A DNA stretch of 56,518 nt, filler included, from Platydemus manokwari (taxonomy: Eukaryota), in the NCBI GenBank assembly GCA_037951405.1. It is 5 parts of 5 records of this genome, joined end to end, with 100 filler letters (N's around TTAATTAATTAA, not from the genome) between each part and the next. Parts side by side here need not be neighbours in the genome. Positions count along the whole stretch, not along the records: positions 45,213 to 56,518 come from JBBMOY010775535.1; 4 more parts are not named here. One strand, written 5' to 3'. The position numbers and the translations under genes are program-made. The notes under the pieces were generated by a model. The model was not told the origin of the DNA and ran no database searches. It was given only the letters and a program-made list of their open reading frames with translations. Shown here one piece after another: positions 49,706-56,518 of this stretch (positions are counted from its first letter, which is position 1; each line of letters starts with the position of its first letter).

Positions 49706-52700
49706 AGCCTTTCGATATTAATTTTCTTAAATAATTATGTTTAAATATATAATTTTTAACTTTTCAAGTCGTTTACAATGCGTGCTTTATGAAAAAGTAG
49801 CGGCTTTAACATTACTAATTTTGATCTTGTCTTTTTTTTCTGATTTTTCGATTGAAATTTAATTGTATTGATTTCGTTAGATTAAGAGAGGAAATCACCT
49901 CAAATAAGGTGTGTCGAATAGGATTCGATTTTCACAAGAAAATTATGTTTCAAAATTTAGCTTTGATATCCATTTGAATAGATATTTGTTTTAATGAACG
50001 TTTTAATCATTGTTCTCAGTTTTTATTGTTAAAAATTTCGATTGTGATTTTTTTTCTAACGGTTTTCATTCTTTAGACTGAAAACTCAAAATGACTTTGA
50101 TATGTTCAATTATTTCATCATTTCAAATAACTCATTTATTTAATCACAAAGTGCCCGATGATATTCGAATTTTAAATCCTTACGAGGTTTATTTGAAAAG
50201 AAACAAAATGATCTTTTAAAAATGCGGAAAAATAATTAAAATTTACATAATATGAAAATTATTTAAAAATTATGTTAAAAATAAATATATCATATTCATA
50301 TTTATAAAAGATCTTGTTAAACAATATTGTTAAACTCTAAGTATAACAATTATTTAAAAAAAATTGAAATTAAAAAAATATAATATAAAAATGTAAATAT
50401 ATGATAAAAAATGTAGACAAATCTGATGGGACAAATTGTAATTTTGAAATTTTAAAATTGGGTTTTAAATTTTTAACTTTGCTTGAAAATTGATGTAATA
50501 ATAAATGTATTATTATTCCGATAAAAAATGACTTCTGATTCAAATCTCGAGCATGGAGACATTTTGGCAATTAACAATCCCCATAAATCACAACGAAAAC
50601 GCAAATATGTAAAACATCTTACAAAAATATTTAAAGAGGATATTATAATCGTATATATGAGTAAATAGAGTATTTTGATAAATTCAATTTTATACATTAG
50701 AATATTCAAAATTAGTTATGGATAATTTTATATATAGCAGTTTAGATAAATATTTGACTGGAAAATTTAAATTTGTAATTTATTTGTAGAACTCATATAA
50801 GATAAAAATAATAATAATATAATTGATAAGATATAAAATTGTAAATAAAATAAAATATTTTAATAATGAAATTATTAAACAGCTTAGTTTATGAAAACAA
50901 AATGTCAGCATATTAATACATGTTCAGTATTGTTATAACAAATTATCCTTATACACTACTATTTCAACATCACAAACTAGTCGGAAACATCTTTCCACAT
51001 TTTGAACAATCATAATTAACCATTCCATTAATCTCATTTATTATCATTATAATTATAAATAATGAATTTTTAATTTATGAATTTTTAATGAAATCTAACC
51101 TCAAAACGACTTCAAAATCAGAAAGAGTTTTGTCAGCTTCCGTGTTGGCATGTGGGATTACCTTAATTGGATGTCCTTGTTGATAAAATGGCAACTATTC
51201 CAATTTTGAGATAAATTTCAATTCAAAAATCAAGGCGCATCTAAAATGTATAATTAAAGATTTAGTATTTAGCATAAATACTTGACCAACGTTTTGCAAG
51301 ATTATTGTTTACTTTAAAATTTTTATTGCATATTGCAGTGCTTCCTTTTTTCAAATTTTTAACTTTGATTTGAAACTCTTTATTTTATAAATAAAATTTT
51401 ATTCATGTTATATCAATAAGGTTTTGGATACACATAAATAATTTTAATTAAAGCTAACTTATTCCTTGAGGATAATGTACAAATTAAATTTATTCTTGGA
51501 TTTATCTTAATAAAAATAAAATTACCATATCGGTTATTTAATTTTAGAATTGTATCATTTATATGTCTAGTTAAACAATAGTAATAGATTTAGAATTTAT
51601 ATAATTATTTGTATTATAATTTATTTTGTGACAAATCATATTGGTAGAGACTGAAATCGTAATAAATATTTCATCAATTTTCGAAAATATTAATAGATTA
51701 ACAGTTAACGTTTGACATTTGATGGATATATATAACATTTAATTTTTAAAAAATATCCACTCAAACATCTAAATAAATATTTGACTCGTTGAGATTCTAA
51801 TTAAAAAATCCTGGAAACTGGTTTGGATTGTGAACTTATTTAATATTGCAGTTATATTTTGAAATTATAAATATTGAGAATAAACAAAGAGACATCTAAA
51901 CAATTGGTTATATTTAAGCTGAAAAGTTCTATTTGAAATTTATTTTTAATTTTAAATTAAGAAATTCTTGAGTACGTTAACTTAAAAAGTTGGGCTTTTT
52001 AAACAGGAATAATAAAAATATTCAAAAGTAATATTTTTAAATTACTAAAATAAAATTAAAAGATATATATTTCTCTCTGTCTAGTCAGAATCTGAGAATT
52101 TTGAACTGTCTGATATAGTTCCGGATCTGTGGTTTTCATAGTAATATTTTAAAAATTCAATTTACCATAGTTATTTACCACGTTTCAACAGTAATGGATA
52201 TTTTAATTTTAAAAATTATGATCTAGTATAAAGTTCTCTCGTCAATAATGACGTATAATTATGAAAGATGTCATGATCTTTTAATTTTTAACACCCCCAA
52301 ACAAGGCACAATGAATTGTGTCTTATATTCAATAATAATTATGACTTCACATCTATCAATGATATGAAAGTTAGCTTTACATTTGAAATTATAATTGAAT
52401 TTGTTGTGTAGATAATAATTTATAATTTTATTAAAATAATCAAGTTATCGATATTTAAATTCAATACTAATCATCCGAAAACCGGAAAAATGTTATAATT
52501 CTCAGTATTAATCTCCACTATCTGCTATTTTTGATTATTTATTAGTGTGTATTAATATTGATGATATTCAAAACCAAATGTGTTTTCATTGGAATTACTT
52601 TATATTAAATTTGCTCACAATATTCTGAACATTTTAGTAATTAATATTCATATTTCGTTTAATTTTGGCTACTTAATAATTTTATTATATTAACGGATAT

Positions 52701-52852
52701 TGATTATCATTAAAATTATTAAATTAATTTTTACATTAAAATTCAGAGTTGGTGGAATGCAACTATTAAAATAATAAAATCTTATAGAACTCTACCTTTT
52801 ATAAGTCATTGCGTAACAAATGTTCAAAATTATTAAGTGATCTGTTTTACGT

Positions 52853-53408
52853 CAGTGGTTTTCAAACTTTTTGTTGTAGAGGAACCCCATGGAAACATTC
52901 TTCTGGATCGAAGAAACACTGTGCAATAATTTAATTGTTTTATGCAGAAAACAGCATTTATTTTTTTAAAATGAAATAAAAATATTTTATGTTCAGAGTA
53001 TTGTACATGTTTGAACGGATTACATTTATTATTATCAAAAACTCAGTGGGAAATTTGAGCCTGGTATTTCTTGCACAACTCTATTAGATTTGTGATGATT
53101 TAACAGTTACACACAAAGTTCATCTTCACAGACAGCTACTTAGTTCGTTTCTTGCGTTTCATGGTTGCCAGAGATGAAAATCCAAATTCATACAAGTATG
53201 AGGCTGAAAATTGCACACTATATTATATATAATAATAAAATACTAAAAATAATAATAAAAATAATAATAATGAAATAATAATAATAAAATAGATTTTCAA
53301 AGTTGAATTTAACGTGTTGTTCATTTGTTCGGTGTTCTAATTTAGAAATTTAGAAATTATGGAAACCCTGGAGTGTACTGGTGGGACCAATTGTTTGATA
53401 AAATATTC
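52853..53408 (+). mobile_element. Non-autonomous hAT (Charlie-like) element
   Basis: Starts CAGTGGTTTTCAAACTTT..GGAACCCC; degenerate right end ggaaaccctggag..gtttgataaaata. Confidence 0.55.
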
Positions 53409-56294
53409 TCATAGAGTAGGCCTTTATATATCACACTAATAAATTAAGGAAAGGTTTTTTCAATTTCGAGACTGACTCCAAATGTTAATTTATGAAAGAA
53501 TCAATAGTGATTACATAATTTTTCAGGCATTCCTATCCCAAACAAATTTAAACACATTAGTGAAATATGTTTTAAATTTGCCAAATGCTAAATTTAAATT
53601 TTTTAAATCATATTAAGCTAATTTCGATCTTAGTTTGATTGAGTTATATGAATTGATATAAATGATTAGTAAGTTACGATAATACTGTGATTCGTTTCGA
53701 TTAAACGGGATGTTATTAACCGACTCCAATGGCATTACTCGTTTCAGTTGAAATAAACGAAAAAATACAAATTCATGAATGGATGGAATAATAAAAATTT
53801 TGTTAATATTTGAAATTTTTCTACATTTTTGTGAAGCTTAAATTTCTAAGTCGTAAAATCTTATTTCATACTGTTATCAATGATGCAACAAGTCAGCTAA
53901 GAACGGAATCAACATCTCGAACTTAATCAATCAATCAGTATATTTTCAATGTCAAATTACAAGGTTCACACACTCACTTAATAGAAAACGGTAAAGCTTG
54001 AAACTGTTAGATTTATTTAATTATTTTTCTTTATTTTTAACATTATCCATATTAATGATTTTTCCAAAAAACGTTTTCAACAATCACAAAATTTAACTAT
54101 ATTGATATTAGTTTCAATTTTCGTCCCAGTTTCAGATTCGATAATCACTAGAATGACTGTCGTATTTGTAACAATTTTCACAGTCATTCTACTGAGACAT
54201 TAAAGAGTCTTCAATTTTCTAATTTCACTTGATTATATTTCGATCTTTTCATTATCTTATCTTTCAAATATTTTTATCGATTCCATTTATTTAAATATAA
54301 AACATCGATGAAGTTTTTAAGTTGTTAATTTTAATAAAGTAAGCATTGGAAACTGACCGATAAGTCACGACACCAAATGATTCCTAAACATTTTTGTATT
54401 TTATAAAAGTCTGATTTTAAAATCTTCACAACGCTTAATATATTTTAATAAGTCTGTTTTCACCTGACTAGTTATTGAGGTTAATCAACAACTTTTATCG
54501 TTTATAGTTATTCTAGTTTTATTGTCTAGACTCTAGACTGAAAAATTATCTTTTTTATTGTTGTAAAATTGTTCTTCTTTTTAATGTTAAATAATTTTAA
54601 ATCTGCGAACCAATTACTGAATAATAGTCATGATCTGTAGAATTATTTTCTCTACATTTTAGTCAGTATTGAATCATTTACAAACATCCCATTCTTCGCA
54701 GAACACTATGACACTCATCTTATTATTCAATTTAGCTGTGAATAATATATGGGAATTTGCCATACGCCTTTTACTTCATTATCTTTCGAAGTAAAAGCGC
54801 ATTAATCGTCGCGATCTGGTAAAAAAATTTGGTTCATTGTTTTACAAAGCACGAATAACAATGCCATTTCTAATTTTAGTTTAGCTATCCATTTCTGTGC
54901 ACCGTAGACAACCAAATGAAAATACTTTTGGGAAGAAAAAGTTTAAAAGGTGTTATAATAGAGGACATTGTTTTAAGATGCAATCACGGTTTTATTCTTT
55001 TGTCTAACTGAAAACGAATCCACCACAATTCTCTCATGATCCCATTGGTCTAATGTAAATCTTGAGATCCATGGGACCTTAATTGTAAATCATTGAAATA
55101 TAGTTTCACAATATCATATAGCATATTTATCGAGTCATTATTTGATAAAAATCACACCAAAATAATATCCGAAAAATACTTTCATATTCAAATAATAATG
55201 GCTAACTAATTATTTGAAGGCAAATAGTTATTTTTAGATAGAGACTCTGTCAGCAAAGTTTAGATTTTATCAATAAACTGAAAGATGACTTTGTGCTAAA
55301 TATACAACAGTCTGTAAGTCGATGTAAATTTCCTATCCAAACAAAATCAGGTGAACCGTTTAAATAAAAATGACATTTCAAATTGACCACGAATTATCCA
55401 GTTAAGAATCAAATATATCAAAATGATCGATTCATGTGTAGTACAAATACGATTCCAAGGAACGATCGATTCTGATTGGGTAATTTCGACATTTATATAA
55501 ATAAATAACATTTTTCAAATCCTTGCCCCCAACCGGGACACCCGTGAACATTTGATAGCTTTTAATTTCAACAAGAATTTCCTCACATCGACAATTCATT
55601 TTTTCATCACAACCTATCATTAAGTTAAACAGAACAAATTTATTTGAACTTCATTTTCATTACAGCAAAGGCAGATTTTATTTGAAAAACAGTCAGCAAA
55701 ATTTTTACTTCAAATGATATTTTAATTAAATGACGTTTGGTGATTTAGTGGATTTATTTTAATTGCCATAAAATTGGAAATGATTTGACTGATAGGAATG
55801 ATATTTTGTCAATTTTGCTTTTTATTAATAACGATTGGCTAATTAGGTTTCCATTTCTTCATTGTTTGTAGAAGACTATTCATAGATAAATTAAATTTAA
55901 ATTCTTATGTCAGTCGATATTATGCGTCCCTATTTTCTATATTAAGCTAATTACTCTCATACTAGTTTTCTAAATCAATGATGACCATCATCGTATTTTG
56001 AAAGAATATAAACAATATATCATTAACATTTGATTTCGATGTTTAATATGGTTGAAAAATAAACCTGAAATTTGAATGTTAGAGAAATCTACCAATCTCA
56101 TGTTACCATGAAAATAAATAATGATCTTTGTGAGGTTAATTTGATAAAAAACAAAATGATATTTTAAAAATATGATTATTATCAAAACTATTATTAGTAA
56201 TGTGAAAAATAAATATACCATTTCGATATTTATAAAAGCCTAGGATTTTGAAAAACAATACTGTTATACACTCAGTATAAAAATAATTAAAAAT

Positions 56295-56518
56295 AAAATT
56301 GTTTGGATCCGGAAATGCCAAAATCAGAGCTGTGCATAATTGTTCCTTAAGGTTTCCAAAACTTTCCTCACACTCTGTACTCCACTCCAATTTCTTGTCA
56401 TTTCCAGTCATTATCGTATATAACGGAGCCGTAATTAATGGGTAATCCTTGATAAATCTTCTGTAATAATTGCATAATCCTAGGAACGACCTCAACTGAG
56501 TGATGCAACCAGGTTTAA
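56295..56518 (-). mobile_element. Ty3/gypsy pol fragment (RT thumb/connection), runs off the window
   Basis: LRSFLGLCNYYRRFIKDY..ITAPL..LEWSTECEESFGNLKEQLCTALILAFPD. Confidence 0.92.

Noticed and set aside
50528-50670. Possible first exon MTSDSNLEHGDILAINNPHK..
   Set aside because: Short, with no recognisable homology or downstream exon.

Overview
AT-rich eukaryotic (metazoan) scaffold with short GT-AG introns and four 100-bp artificial gaps (44N-TTAATTAATTAA-44N). The composition, intron sizes and transposon content would fit a triclad flatworm, but that is inference only. Host genes: an intronless ankyrin-repeat/Dpy-30-motif protein (-), a 5-exon LRRC46 (+), a 5-exon TSPAN13/31-type tetraspanin (-) and two exons of an EFCAB7-like gene (-). 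The rest is mostly decayed transposons (Ty3/gypsy, Tc1/mariner, MULE, piggyBac, hAT, a possible LINE, MITEs) and three diverged copies of one LTR-like family. The most unusual feature is a decayed multi-ORF cassette at about 38.97-42.66 kb, directly upstream of a polypurine tract and a TGTT...AACA LTR. It appears to encode membrane anchors, a TARG1/OARD1-like macro domain, an unknown domain, a REXO4/ISG20/PAN2-type DEDDh exonuclease fold with substituted catalytic residues, a PAIP2-like acidic region with a PAM2 (PABP-binding) motif, and a basic NLS. This suggests a retroelement-borne module acting on poly(A)/translation and ADP-ribose. All domain calls come from manual motif recognition, not database searches.
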